A DNA stretch of 64,000 bases, from positions 19,964,001 through 20,028,000 of the forward strand of contig NC_043010.1 in assembly GCF_006345805.1 (NCBI RefSeq), given 5' to 3'. Below the pieces are notes generated by a model. That model was not told the DNA's origin. It did not search any database and saw only the letters and a program-made list of their open reading frames with translations. Origin of the DNA: Octopus sinensis. Its lineage: Eukaryota. Positions 25,101 to 37,039 of the stretch are shown here, piece after piece (position 1 is the stretch's first letter; each line of letters starts with the position of its first letter). Made by a program: the position numbers and the translations under genes.

Positions 25101-26784
25101 TACTGTTGTCAGTAGTACAATGTGTTTATCAATAAGGATTAGCCATAACATTCCTATTTAACTCTTTTTATACAACCTGCCTGTGGCTACCTCTGGTTAT
25201 GTGATCCAAACTTTGTTTTAAAGCAATTTAAAACTTTTCTCAAGTTTTCATGTTAATTTATTCCTAATACTAGTTGAAGAATTTGACATATTGTCATTAA
25301 CACTTTCTGTGACATATTTCTTTTGAAATACAATTCAGTTTTGAATATAATGAATTTAGTAATGTAATTTTGTGATTATTATATATATATATATATATAT
25401 AATATATATATATATTTTTTTTTGTGTGTGTGGGAGCAATAGAAGTCTGCCAGATGATCTGGGCTATGATTATTACAAAACATGTTTGACAATAGTAAAA
25501 AAAAAACATCTTCAATATATGAACATTTGGGAGTATTTCCAATTCACAGATGTAGGACGAGTTGATTGTATCCATTTAGGAACCAACAGTTGAATTTATG
25601 GTGAGAAGCAGCTGGTTTTGTTCTCCTTTTTGTGAGGCCAGATCTTGTTGTCACTGTCATAACTACACACACAAAAAAAAGAGCCACTCCAGTTATATAA
25701 CACCAAGTCAGGATTCAGACCATATTAACCCCTCATCTTCCCCTGAGCTATTCTATTATGATAGGGTAACACATCTGTTCACTACCCTCCTTACATGCCC
25801 ACCTCTACCTACCTAACCTAGCTATTACTTCATACAAGTTTTTCTTTCTTTTAAACAACTGGGTCCAAATTTGATAAAGGACCCTTTCAGTGCCACTACT
25901 TTTGGGTGGATCCTTTGTTCTTTGTTTATATTTTTCGTTATTCTTTGTAATATTTTTTGCAAATAAAGAAATGATAAATATAATAATTGTTTTTCTGTGA
26001 TGTCTGGAAAATGCCATAAAGTAGATTTTCTGGAAGCCAAGTCAGAATCATTTCTGATTTCCTGATGCTAATGGCATCTAAGAGGTATGTATGAGTAGTA
26101 ATTTGGGTCTTTTTTGTTAAGACAAGTTGGCACGATTCCAGTGGTTCATTCTCTTGGGGTCTAAACAGGTCATCATCAAATATTTATTTTGGCAATTAAA
26201 AAAATCGCCAATGAGTAGAGTATGATTATGCTACAATTAAGCTGGCGGGGGTGACTTTATTTGAAATAATGGGAAAAAAATTTATTCTTGTCATTTTTTA
26301 TTTTAGTTCTTTACAATATTGTTGGTTAGGAAATGGAAGAAAATGGAAAAAATATTCTTAATTTCAATATAATTCTCCATTCTAAGGCAGCACTGGACAA
26401 AATGCTTGATATTTCATCCATTTTCATGGATATTCTGTTTTGTTCAAACAGGCCATATCTGGCCTCTCTTACCTAACCCACAATGTCATTCTCAATATAA
26501 ACAATATCATCATTTCAAAGCTATCAGATGATGTGCATGATCAATTCAAAACAAAGTGAACAAGTATCTAACATTCAAATAAATGTTAAATATAACACTT
26601 AAGTGTTTAAAGGAGTTAGGGGAGAGAGGTGGGGAGATGGTGTTAGGGACATAACTGCATGCATTTAACGGAGAAATTAGAAAATTATGAAAATTGCCAT
26701 TTAATTTTTTTTTTTTACACATGTATTAAAATTATATATGGATAACAAACTTATGAGAGCCAAGACAAAAGAATTTTTAATAAG

Positions 26785-26790
26785 TTTATT
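26785..26790 (-). promoter_or_regulatory. Candidate NOA1 polyadenylation signal AATAAA
   Basis: About 100 nt downstream of the NOA1 stop codon; no transcript evidence. Confidence 0.4.
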
Positions 26791-26886
26791 TTGCAAAATC
26801 TCAGTCTATTCAGAAAATAGGAAGAACAATCTCTTTTATGAGCAAAGATCTTTGTCCTCATAAGTTCATGTCCTTAACGACCAGAA

Positions 26887-27092
26887 CTACAAGCGCGAGC
26901 GTTTTATTGGAGGTAGTTTGACAAGAGAAAGACATTTGGAAGTATTATAAGTTGGTTGGTTACGAATGCGCTTTAGTTTCAAGTTTACAGCATTGGGTAA
27001 CAAAGCAGGTCGGGTGAGACAACCATGACCACCAGGGGTATAAGCACGCAACGTAAAAGTGTGTCTGGATTTCGTGCTTACACCGACCCAGC
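26887..27092 (-). CDS. NOA1: NOA1 exon 8 (last; GWVGVS...LRAYTPGG...TAG)
   Basis: AG acceptor at 27093-27094, phase 1, stop TAG at 26887-26889; matches the NOA1 C-terminus. Confidence 0.88.
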
Positions 27093-27340
27093 CTAAAAAT
27101 GTAAAGAAAAAAATGAAGTTTAGGACAGTATTGAGGGATGAAACCACACATGCTTATATATATATATATAAATGTAGTTTAACGCAGGTATAAATCAAAT
27201 ACTTTTACTTTTGACACGTGTTTTGAAGATTCCACTGATATTATTCAAAAGAATAACCTCTTGTGTGATTTTTTGCTACCCTGGTAACAATTTATTTTTT
27301 TTTCTGTTTTAATTGTTAACAAGGCAAAAATACACTCATC

Positions 27341-27372
<32 letters not shown>

Positions 27373-27939
27373 CAAACTTTGGAAGCACTGAATGTGTTGG
27401 TATTTTACAAATTTTGAATGCAGTATAACTGAAAACAGCAGAGAAAGATTAAGTATTTGCCTTAGAGGATGGAAAAAGGTTTCCAGCAGGTGGCTTGTCT
27501 GTAAAGATATATATGTATATATCACAGGTAAAAATGATTAATAAATCCAGGTAGATGTCTTGTAAGTATTCAGTGATTGAGTTTACATATCTACACATCA
27601 AATAATCAGAAACCAATAGCGTCACATTGAATTAACATTCGTGGTAATTCCTCCGAAATCCAAAGATCACTTACAATTTCAGAAAACCTAGAGTATGTAA
27701 ACTGAACAAGACTAGAGATTACCTCATCTTTATCCGATGATTATTACATCATACAAGACCAACAATAGTTTCTATTGTGTAAAGAATCTTTGGATAAAGA
27801 GAAAAATTCAATGTATTAGAAATTTATGAAAAGAAGTTTCAGATAGATTCATTTCTATTTTGTTCTTTTTACTTTATCCAAAAAAGGCTTTGATCACATC
27901 AAATTAATCTCCAAACTTCAAGATTAATGCATGATTAAT

Positions 27940-28110
27940 TCATCATCATCATCATCGTTTAATGTCTGCCTTCCATGCTAGCATGGGTTGGATGATTTGA
28001 CTGAGGGCTGGCCAACCAGACAGCCGCACCCTGGCAGAGTTTCTACAGTTGGATACCCTTCCTAATGCCAACCACTCCATGAGTGTAGTGGGTGCTTTTT
28101 AAGTGCCCAG
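27940..28110 (-). mobile_element. RTE 3'-tail repeat ((GAT)n-tailed); one of many copies
   Basis: Matches the 3' end of the RTE at about 45290-45430. Similar copies lie near 32200, 36170, 36550, 46380, 46960, 47925, 54810 and 60940. Confidence 0.85.
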
Positions 28111-28334
28111 AACTGAATATACATGCCTTTCATTTGACCAAATAACCCTAAATGCTAAAGGGTTATAATATAAAGGAAGAATAGAAGGTGAATGTAGCAA
28201 TAAGTGGTTTAGAAATTCTAAGTTTCAGTTTAAACAGAATCACAGATCAATTTATTTACCAAACAAGTAAAACTGAATAATTCTATAAAAACAAATTATA
28301 AAATAAAAAAAGAAAAAACGTGAAAGAACCTTAC

Positions 28335-28452
28335 CAATTGAGGACAAAACAATATCACAGACTGTTTTTTTAAAACCAGTACCAGTTAAATGGAAAGTTT
28401 TCCCAACTAAGGGTGGGATTAGACTAAGTCTGTCTTCATCTCCTAAAGGAAT
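28335..28452 (-). CDS. NOA1: NOA1 exon 7 (IPLGDEDRLSLIPPLVG...DIVLSSI)
   Basis: 118 nt, GT-AG, phases consistent with neighbouring exons. Confidence 0.88.
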
Positions 28453-28537
28453 CTGCAAATAAAAGTTTATATAAAAAAAAAGTCATTTCTTTTAACATTT
28501 CATAGTAGTGTGGCTATCTCTCTCTTTCTCTCTCACT

Positions 28538-28825
28538 CTCAGTGGTTAGGGCAGCGGACTCATGGTCGTAGGATCACGGTTTCGATTCCCAGACCGGGCG
28601 TTGTGAGTGTTTATTGAGCGAAAACACCTAAAACTCCACGAGGCTTCGGCAGGGGGTAGTGGCAATCCCTTCTGTACTCTTTCACCACAACTTTCTCTCA
28701 CTCTTTCTTCTGTTGGCCTACTTGCTTAGCCAGCGGGGTGGCGTCATTTGAAGGCTAAAACAATGTGAAGCGCATTGTGACCAGCGATGTGTAGCAACAT
28801 CTGATAGCCTGGTCAGTCACGATGA
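28538..28825 (+). mobile_element. tRNA-derived SINE
   Basis: A-box-like ctcagtggtt and B-box-like gtttcgattcc, then a non-tRNA body. Confidence 0.75.
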
Positions 28826-28864
28826 TATATATATTGCATATGTAAGATAAAACATAGAAAGGAC

Positions 28865-29195
28865 AAAGGGATTAAGTTGATTACATTGACCCCAGTGCGT
28901 AACTGGTACTTATTGGACTCCGAAAAGATGAAAGGCAAAGTCGACCTGGTGGAATTTGAACTCAGAACGTAACGGCAGACAAAATACCTATTTCTTTACT
29001 AACCACAAGGGGCTAAACACAGACAAACGGATTAAGTCGATTATATCGACCCCAGTGCATAACTGGTACTTAATTTATCGACCCCGAAAGGATGAAAGGT
29101 AAAGTCGACCTCAGCGGAATTTGAACTCGGAACAGACAAAATACCACTAAGCATTTTGCCCAGTGTGCTAACACTTCTGCCAGCTCGCTGCCTTA
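28865..29195 (-). mobile_element. Two tandem copies of a tRNA-derived SINE with the conserved central domain gtcgactttgcctttcatcctttcggggtcgataaattaagtacc
   Basis: The same domain recurs near 30050-30200 (-), 52490-52625 (+), 61430-61600 (+) and 61760-61950 (+). It resembles the Meta-type SINE domain, from memory. Confidence 0.8.
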
Positions 29196-29644
29196 TGGTT
29201 ACATGCAATCAGTATTTAGGTCAAATTTGTGCCTAAACTCCAGTTTTAAATGCCAGGATGTGATCGCTGTGTAAATGAGAATTGGCTGTGAGCAATGAAC
29301 TGATGAAACTGGTGTGTAACAGAATGAAAGCAGAGACAAGCAAATAAAGGAAAACAACTGCAGAAAGGAGTCTATATTGGTAGGAAGTCATGAAAAATTC
29401 TGAGGTTCTTAACAGTTGAGATGGTAGACTCCAGGAAAAGGTAGAAAGGAAGTCTACAAGATTGATATTGCAGAGCTTGGTAGGGAAATAAAGTTACCAT
29501 CATGGTATTTTATTCTATCATTTTCAAGGTTTTTATGTCAGGGTATATAAGGAGTGAATGATAAACAGTGAGGTGAAGTATAACGGTTGGAAGGTGAACA
29601 GTGAGGGCATATGTATACTTATAGGTGGTTGAAAATTAATTTAC

Positions 29645-29761
29645 CTGAAGCACATCTTTTCCAATATTTTCTTTGTAGAAATCTTCAGCTTTTTCTATTT
29701 CCATGACATGAACCACAATTTTATTATTATTTATTAGAGTAAGGAGAACATTTTCTGTGCC
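29645..29761 (-). CDS. NOA1: NOA1 exon 6 (GTENVLLTL...EKAEDFYKENIGKDVLQ)
   Basis: 117 nt, GT-AG, phase 0/0. Confidence 0.85.
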
Positions 29762-30259
29762 CTGGTTAAAGAAAAATAAAAATAAAAATGTTACAAAAAC
29801 ACATTGAAGGAAGTTTTTAATATGAAAAACTTGATTAGAAAACAAAATTTAAAACTATAATTTTGAAATCTGTTGTATGAAATAATTAAAAATGTTTGTT
29901 AATTTGGTTTTGTCTAACACCACTTCAAGTTTTTCAATTATATTTTCAGTATTACTAACAAATATACTGATAGGTATTAGGTTGCAGAATTACCACCCCG
30001 ACCAGGAAATATTCTTTTCTACTCTGGACTCGAAATTGGGGGGGCAGTCGATTAGATCAACCCCAGTACACAACTGGTACTTTATTGACCCCCCAAAAGG
30101 ATGAAGGGCAAAGTCAACCTTGGCAGGATTTGAACTCAGAATGTAAAGACAGACAAAATACTGCTAAGCATTTAGCCCGGCATGCTAATGTTTCTGCTAG
30201 CTTGGCACCTTCCCAACCAGAAGATATTGGACCATGGATTATGATGCTGGGGTCATAAC

Positions 30260-31760
30260 ATAGGATGTCATTGGTGAGATGTGTATTTGGAATGGTGAAG
30301 GGGAGACTCTTTATCAAAATGGAATGAAATAAACTGGAATGGAAGTGCAATTATGAAAGGCTGCTGAACATATAGAACGCATGGGATAAACAGGGATTAC
30401 TCCATGATGACCCAACACAGGGACCAGCAATGTGGTGGAGAAGAAAAGCCACAGGTCCATCGAGGATAGTTGCAGAGGTGTTTAAAACCTCTGGAGAGGT
30501 AGGATAAAAGATGACCACCCAGATAGTTAATGATGTTGTACAAGAAAATGCTATTCCCAGTGATTGATGGAGCAGTATCATCATAAACTGCTACAGAGGC
30601 AAAAGAAATTCCAGAGATAAGCGACTATAGATGAATTAAACTGCTCAACGAGGTTATGAAGGGACCTAATCCAATTGATCAGGGATAGAGATATGGACCT
30701 GCCTGAGATGTAATTTGTTGTCCTCGGGTACCATAGATGCTATCTTTCTAGTGAAGCAACTGCAGGGAGGATACTTGGCTAAGAATAAACAGCTGTTCCT
30801 GGTTTTCCTTTCTTTGAGTTGGAAAAAGTATCTGACAGGGTGCCATATTCTAGAATTTGGTGATCACTGAGGAAACTAGGTAAAGATCAGGGGTTCTCAA
30901 CCATTTTTTATCCATAGACCCCTTTGATTACTATTTTATTCTGGTGGACCCCCATAGCCATACGATGTTTAAAAATTAGTTTTATAGAAATGTCTTTCAA
31001 ATTCTTATTTTGTTTTTCTAACATTGACTTGTGTAGGTTGAACTTTGCAAAATGTTGGAGAAAGAAACCTTGCTGTTCCTTCCAGTACACCTAAAGCAGA
31101 ATTTTTCAGGGGCCCTTAAAATATTGTGGATTCCCAATTTACTATTTTGTAGCATGGACCCTCAAGGTTGAGAACCACTGGTGTAGATGAATGACTTGTG
31201 AATACCGTACAAGCTATGTACATGGATGCTGGAAGTGAGAGCTGGTATTGAATTCAGTGATAAATTTAATATAAAGTAGACACCTTTCAAGGTTCAATCT
31301 TTAGGCCCCTTCTATTCGTCATAGTCCTAAAGGCCATCACAGAGTAGTTTAAGACTGTCTACAAGAAATCCTATACACTGATCTAATTCACAAAGCTGCA
31401 TCTACAGGGGAATTAGAGAGGAAATTCCAGGCATGGAAACGTAACTGAGAATCAAGTGGCCTTAAGGTAAACCTAGCAAAGATGAAGATTTTAGAAAGTA
31501 GGAACCTGAAGAACCCTGAAGATACCAAGGTTCTGTAGAAAAGAAGTAGGTATAAATTCCATATGTTGCACCCAATGTAAGTAATGGACCACAAGATTAG
31601 ATATAATTAGCAAGGAAGATGGTTGCTTTGAAAATATAGTAGCCAGGATGGGTTGGAGATGGTTCAAGGAGATACTACCACTGCTGATAACAAAGATCTT
31701 TTCCCTTAAAGTGAAGGACGGATTGTGATAGAAGTTCAATGTCGTATGGTAGTAAAACAT
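30260..31760 (+). mobile_element. Degraded RTE LINE RT fragment, interrupted by a hAT MITE
   Basis: Colinear with 43130-44300 (e.g. gggaccagc, tgactggtgtagcagcataatag, ggaaactaggg). Confidence 0.8.
30888..31180. mobile_element. hAT-type MITE (293 bp)
   Basis: TIRs CAGGGGTTCTCAACC / GGTTGAGAACCACTG; degenerate 8-bp TSD gtaaagat / gtgtagat. Confidence 0.85.
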
Positions 31761-32329
31761 GGGCCTTGTCAGCACTGGATTAACCCTTAAGCGAAATAAG
31801 CATGTGCTTAGGGCATTGAAGGGAGGGTGGGGATCACAGAAATATGTAAGACTAATTAGGAAGATCTGTTTAAAGACTTTGCAATTAAAGAAAGTTGGAG
31901 AAAACTTTTCAAATATAAATGAAGTGGAAATATACAAAAACATTATTTTACATTTTTCTGTTGTTAGTTTCGTTTCATTTTGAAAAATAAAAATCTATTT
32001 TATGGTTTATTATTTTTTATACTTTGGATTACATATATGTGGGAGCACTAAAACCTTTTAAGTGCTTGGGGCCTCAATGGGTTTTAGTCTGGTCCTGGGC
32101 CTTGTATGCAGAGGACTTGGGTTAGCATGTTGCATTGGATGTGCATGAGACAACGTCAACCTATGATGAAGGGCTGCCACTGCCAATAAGGATCTCATCA
32201 TCGTTTAATGTCCGCTTTCCATGCTAGCATGAGTTATCATCATTTAGCATCTGTTTTCCATACTGGCAGCCCTTCCTAACACCAACCACTCCTTCTTTGG
32301 ACACTAAAACTGCTTGCGAAGACCTGTTG

Positions 32330-32845
32330 AGGCAAGTGAAATCAAAATCAAATTCAAATTCGATGACTGGCGTCCATGCTAGCGGGGTGCAAAGAGCACC
32401 ATACGAATGTGATTATCGACAGAGCAGGTAACCGACTTCCGTGTCAGTGGCACTTAAAAGGCACCATTCGAGTGTGATTGTTACCAGCATCGCCTTATGG
32501 CACTCGAGCCCGATGCTAGTAGGGTGTTAAGAGCATCATCCGAACGTGATTGTTGCCAGAGCAGCTAACTGGCTTCCATGCCAGTGGCATGTAAAAAGAC
32601 ACCATTCAAGTGTGATCGTTACCAGCATCGCTTTACTGGCACCTGTGCCGGTTGCATGTGTAAAAGATTCGCGCAAGGTCGTTGCCAGTATTGCCTGACT
32701 GGCCCTGTGCCGGTGGCACGTAAAAGCACCCACTACACTCTCGGAGAGGTTGGCGTTAGGAAGGGCAGCCATCTGGTTCGCCAGCCCTCAGTCAAATCGT
32801 CCAACCCATGCTAGCATGGAAAGCAGACGTTAAACGATGATGATA
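32330..32845 (+). mobile_element. 5'-truncated RTE 3' UTR copy
   Basis: Colinear with 44910-45430. Confidence 0.85.
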
Positions 32846-32877
<32 letters not shown>

Positions 32878-32879
32878 AA

Positions 32880-33170
32880 TCCAAAAGGGAAACAAAAAAA
32901 CAACAACAACAGGAACAATTACAGTATTATTATTAATAGGCGCTCAGGAGATGGAAGCAGGGAGGTATGACGTTTCGAGCGGAGCTCTTCGTCGGAAACA
33001 TAAAGAAGGAAGAGAGAGGAAAGAAAGATCCCAGAGCGGGCAACAGGGAAAGAGAAAAAAGACGACTGGTGTTTACGAGTTGCACATGGTGAAAGGCGGA
33101 TGTTGACGATAACAAGAGCAAAGTGGGTTTTTAAAGGCAGAAGAGTGGAGACAAGGTTGGTAACCCAACA
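32880..33170 (-). mobile_element. Probable Penelope-type terminal repeat with a variant HHR-like motif
   Basis: Minus strand CCGACGA-A-GAGC-tcc-GCTC-GAAAC-GTC at about 32965-33002. Confidence 0.5.
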
Positions 33171-35195
33171 GATGTGTGTGTATGTGTGAGTGTGTGCATG
33201 TGCGTGTGTGTATGTGTGTGTGTGAGGCGAGATGAAAAAACAAAAAAATATGTGTGTGTTAGTGTGTGCGTCTGTGTGTAGGCGTGTGAGGTAGGGCGAG
33301 ACTAGTGGTCAGCTAGCAGACGAGGTCAGTACTAAGAAAAAGAAGGAAGGAGGAAGGGAGGTCAGTAGTAAGAAAAAGAAGGAAGGAGGAAGGGAGGAGG
33401 GGAAGGGGTGGGGGCGTATGTAGCGTGCCAGCGTGTGTTGAGTAGTAGTGTGTGTGTGTGTGTGTCCAGTGTCGTGGTGGTATTAATGGCGAGTAGATTG
33501 AATGTGTGTAAGAGTGATGTATATATATAGGCAAGGTGTGTATATGTGTGCGCGTGTGTGTAACGAAAAATGGGGGGGGGGTTAAGGAAAAAGGACTCCA
33601 GCTGAGGGGAAGATGGAAGAGTGGTACCGCGGAGACAGGCGTGGGAAAACCCAACGACACGCGACGGTCCCAGGAACGGGCGGGAGGTCTCGTCAGGTCC
33701 AAGGGCGAGGTGTATGCGGCGCGTATGCAGCGCGAGCCGGCGCAAGTGCGTATGTGCGCGTGCCTGCGAGTATGCGCGTAAGTATGTATGTGTGTGGATG
33801 TGTGAGTGTGTCTGTGTGTATGTCTGGGTGGCAGTGTGTCCGATGAATGTATGTGAGTATGTGTGTATGTATGTGTGTGCATAGATGTATGTCCGTGTGT
33901 GTGTGTGTATGTGTGTGAGTGTATGTATGTACGTGTGGGTGTGGGGAAGTGTGTGTATGTGCATGTGTGTGCGCGTACATACAGGTGTGTGAGTGAGTGT
34001 GTGTGTGTGTATGTATGTGTGAGTGTGTATGTATGTGTGTGTCGGATGCATGTATGTGTATGGGTGTATGTATGCGTGTGTGTATGTATGTATGTGTACG
34101 TGCGTGTGTGTGTGTGTATGCGTGTAGGTGTGCGCGTGTGCATGCATGCATGCATGTGCGTATGTGTGTGTGTGTGTGCATGTGTGTGGGTATATATGTA
34201 TGTGCGTATATGTGTGTGTATGTGCGTACATGTGTGTGTGTGTGTATGCATGTGTGTGTATGTAGGTGTGTAGGCGTGTGTGTATAGGTGTATGTATGTA
34301 AGTATGTGTGGGTGTGTCCGTGTATGTGTGTGTATGTATGTGTGTGTATGTAGGTGTGTATATGTGTGTGTATGTAGGTGTGTGGGCGTGTGTATATAGG
34401 TGTATGTGTGTATGTCTGGGTGTGTCCGTGCATGTTTGTGTGTGTGTGTGTATGCATGTGTATGTGCGTGTGTGTGTATGCGTGCGTGTGTGTATGTAGG
34501 TGCGTGTGTATGTGTGTGGGAGTGTAGGTGTGTGTGTGCGTGTGCGTGTTTATGTTGGTGTGTGCGTATGTGAGTGTGAGTGTATGGGTGTTTGTCATGC
34601 ATGTGTGTGCGCGTGCAGGTGAGTGTGTGTGTAAGTATGTGTGTGTGTATGTTTGTGTGAGTGTGTAAGTGTGTATGTCTTTGTGTATGTATGTGCGTAT
34701 AGGAGTATGTGGGTATGTGTGTATGTATGTATATGGGTGTATGTATGTATGTGTGTGTGTGTGCATGTGTATAAGTATATGTGTGTGTGCGTATGTGTGT
34801 ATATGTGTATGTGTGTGTGTTTATGTATGTGTGTATGTATGTGTGTAGGCGTGTGTGTGTAGATGTATGTATGTATGGGTGTGTGTCCGTGTGTGTTTGT
34901 GTGTGTGTGTAGGTAGATGTGTGTGTCTGAGTGAGGGTATGGCTGTGTAGGTGTGTGTGTGTATGAATGTAAGTGTGTGTGTATACAAGTGTAATGTATG
35001 TATGTAGGTGTGTGTGTGTGTGTGTGTATGTGTACGTGTGCGTGTGTATGTGTGTGTGTGTATGCGTGTGAGTGTGAGTGTATGGGTGTATGTCTGTGTG
35101 TGTGTATGTCTGAAGTAGGTATGTATGTGTATGTATGTATGTGTGTGTGTGTGCAGGTATGTGTGTGTATGTGTGTGTGTGAGTAGGTGTGCGTG

Positions 35196-35228
<33 letters not shown>
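33170..35228. repeat. About 2-kb compound (TG/TA)n microsatellite with an embedded non-repetitive island (about 33290-33770)
   Basis: Direct reading; it generates the spurious His/Thr-rich and Val/Cys-rich ORFs. Confidence 0.95.
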
Positions 35229-35381
35229 CTGCTCAATATATATGCATTCTCACTCACCAGATAAAGGCCCTAAACTGTGAAGCAAAACATCACAGAATTC
35301 AAATCTTTAATAACATTTACTTGCAAACTCACATCAAAAGTCCCTCATCAAATAATTGAAAGATTTATGTGTTTCTCTTAC

Positions 35382-35513
35382 CTCGACATAGTCAATGCGA
35401 CCAAGTCCAGTCACAAACATTGCTTGGTTTGGTTTCAGCACAAAGGTGCGTGGTCGGAACATTTTACATGATAACAAGATTTGAAGTTCCTCAGGGTTCA
35501 GAAATGATGTAAT
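35382..35513 (-). CDS. NOA1: NOA1 exon 5 (ITSFLNPEEL...PRTFVLKPNQAMFVTGLGRIDYVE)
   Basis: 132 nt, GT-AG, conserved GLGRIDY motif of the NOA1/YqeH family. Confidence 0.92.
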
Positions 35514-35699
35514 CTTCAAAAAAAAAAAAAATAGGAATTATGATAATGATTTATTAGTCTTAACACCTGCTCTTCTGGACTGGTTTTTGCTGAGGCAGAT
35601 TTTTCTACAGCTGGATGCCTTTCCTGTTGCCAACGCTCAACTATTTCCAAACAAGATATTAATTCCCCATGAGTCAAGTACATCAACATCAAAATAAAA

Positions 35700-36045
35700 A
35701 TTCAAATGGAAATTGTAGTTAAGACACCCGTACCAGTGACACGTAAAAAGCACCGTCCGAACGTGGCAGATGCCAGCGCCGCCTAGCTGGCGTCCATGTC
35801 GGTGACACATAAAAGCATCAACCGATCGTGGCTGTTTGCCAGCCTGCTCTGGCCCCTGAGCCGGTGGCATGTAAAAAGCACCCACTACACTCATGGAGTG
35901 GTTGGTGTTAGGAAGGGCATCCAGCTGTAGAAACACTGCCAAATCAGACTAGAGCCTGGTGCAGCCTCCATGGCTTCCAGACCACGGTCAAACCGTCCAA
36001 CCCATGCTAGCATGGAAAATGGACGTTAAATGATGATGATGATGA
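35700..36045 (+). mobile_element. RTE 3' UTR copy with (GAT)n tail
   Basis: Matches the 45200-45430 region. Confidence 0.85.
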
Positions 36046-36824
36046 CTTGACATGTTTTCATGGAAGATAAGAAATGAAAAGACACTGACTGCATAACAAT
36101 GACTCTTGTAACTATAATATTGGTTGATGTCGAAAGAAAGGCACACACACATCTTTCATCATGATCATTGCAGAACATGTTTCCCATGCTGCCATGGGTT
36201 GGATGGCTCAGCAGGGAGCCAGAGGACTACACCAAACTCTGCACTCAGCTTTGGCAGGGTTTCTATGGCTTGATGCCTTTCCTAACGTCAGCCGCTTTAC
36301 AGACTGAATGGGATAGATTTTCGTGGCACAGGCAGGTCACTGAGTGACTCACAGGGCAAGACTCTTCAACAGAGGAAGGAAGGAAGTATTGCGAGAGGTG
36401 AAAATATGATAGAAGGAGAGGAACGAGTGTCTTGCTGAAGAGGATGCACGTGATTTCCCCAGCTGGAGGACACAGCCTCAGGTTACAAGGTGAATATAAT
36501 ACAAGAGAGAATCAGAAAGGACAGGTAGGTGAGTGAGTTTGCAAGATGGTTAGCATCCGTTTTCCATACTGGCAGCCCTTCCCAACACCGACCACTCCAA
36601 GAGTGTAGTGGTGGTGCTTCTTAACTGTCACTAGCACAGGTGTTTTTATGTGTCACCAACACTGGCTTGATTTGGACACAGTGAATGGGGCACGGGTGGG
36701 GATATGGTCAAGGTGGGGGTGAATGAAATAAGGGTGGTTTAGGGAGAAAAAGGACAAAGGGCAACAACAGGGAGACAAGGTGAAGTGCAGGGGAATAAAT
36801 TTAGATCATTTACTGTGGTCAGAA

Positions 36825-37039
36825 CCCTTTAGCATTTAAACCAGCCACATCTGGCCTAAATAATCTTGTTCTATGTTTAGACTGACCAGATCTGGCCTCT
36901 CGCACTCACCCTACAATGTCATTCTAAAAATAAACAATTACATCATTGAAATGTCAGAACTATGAGATAATCCAGGATTAATTCAAAGCAATGGGAATAA
37001 ATAAGGATTACTTTTGACAGTAATTTGAATGCTAAAGAG
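36825..37039. mobile_element. piggyBac-type MITE
   Basis: TIRs CCCTTTAGCATT / AATGCTAAAGAG; TTAA on the right, degenerate on the left. A related decayed copy lies near 26400-26590. Confidence 0.6.

Noticed and set aside
25372-26190. Protein-like short ORFs (e.g. SLPDDLGYDYYKTC..., QRIHPKVVALKGSF...)
   Set aside because: No recognisable motif and no consistent splice sites; probably decayed TE. A tBLASTx or HMM search would be needed.
28538-28610. Possible tRNA gene (also heads near 56950-57020, 59958-60020)
   Set aside because: A/B boxes are present but there is no complete cloverleaf, and each runs into a repeated SINE body.
29305-29340. CTGATGA...GAAAG motif
   Set aside because: No proper stem II closure next to GAAA and no stem I; likely chance.
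33313-35257. Long His/Thr-rich (637, 357, 289 aa) and Val/Cys-rich ORFs; similar ORFs at 14927-15375
   Set aside because: They are translations of (CA/TG/TA)n microsatellite that lacks stop codons in several frames on both strands; not genes.
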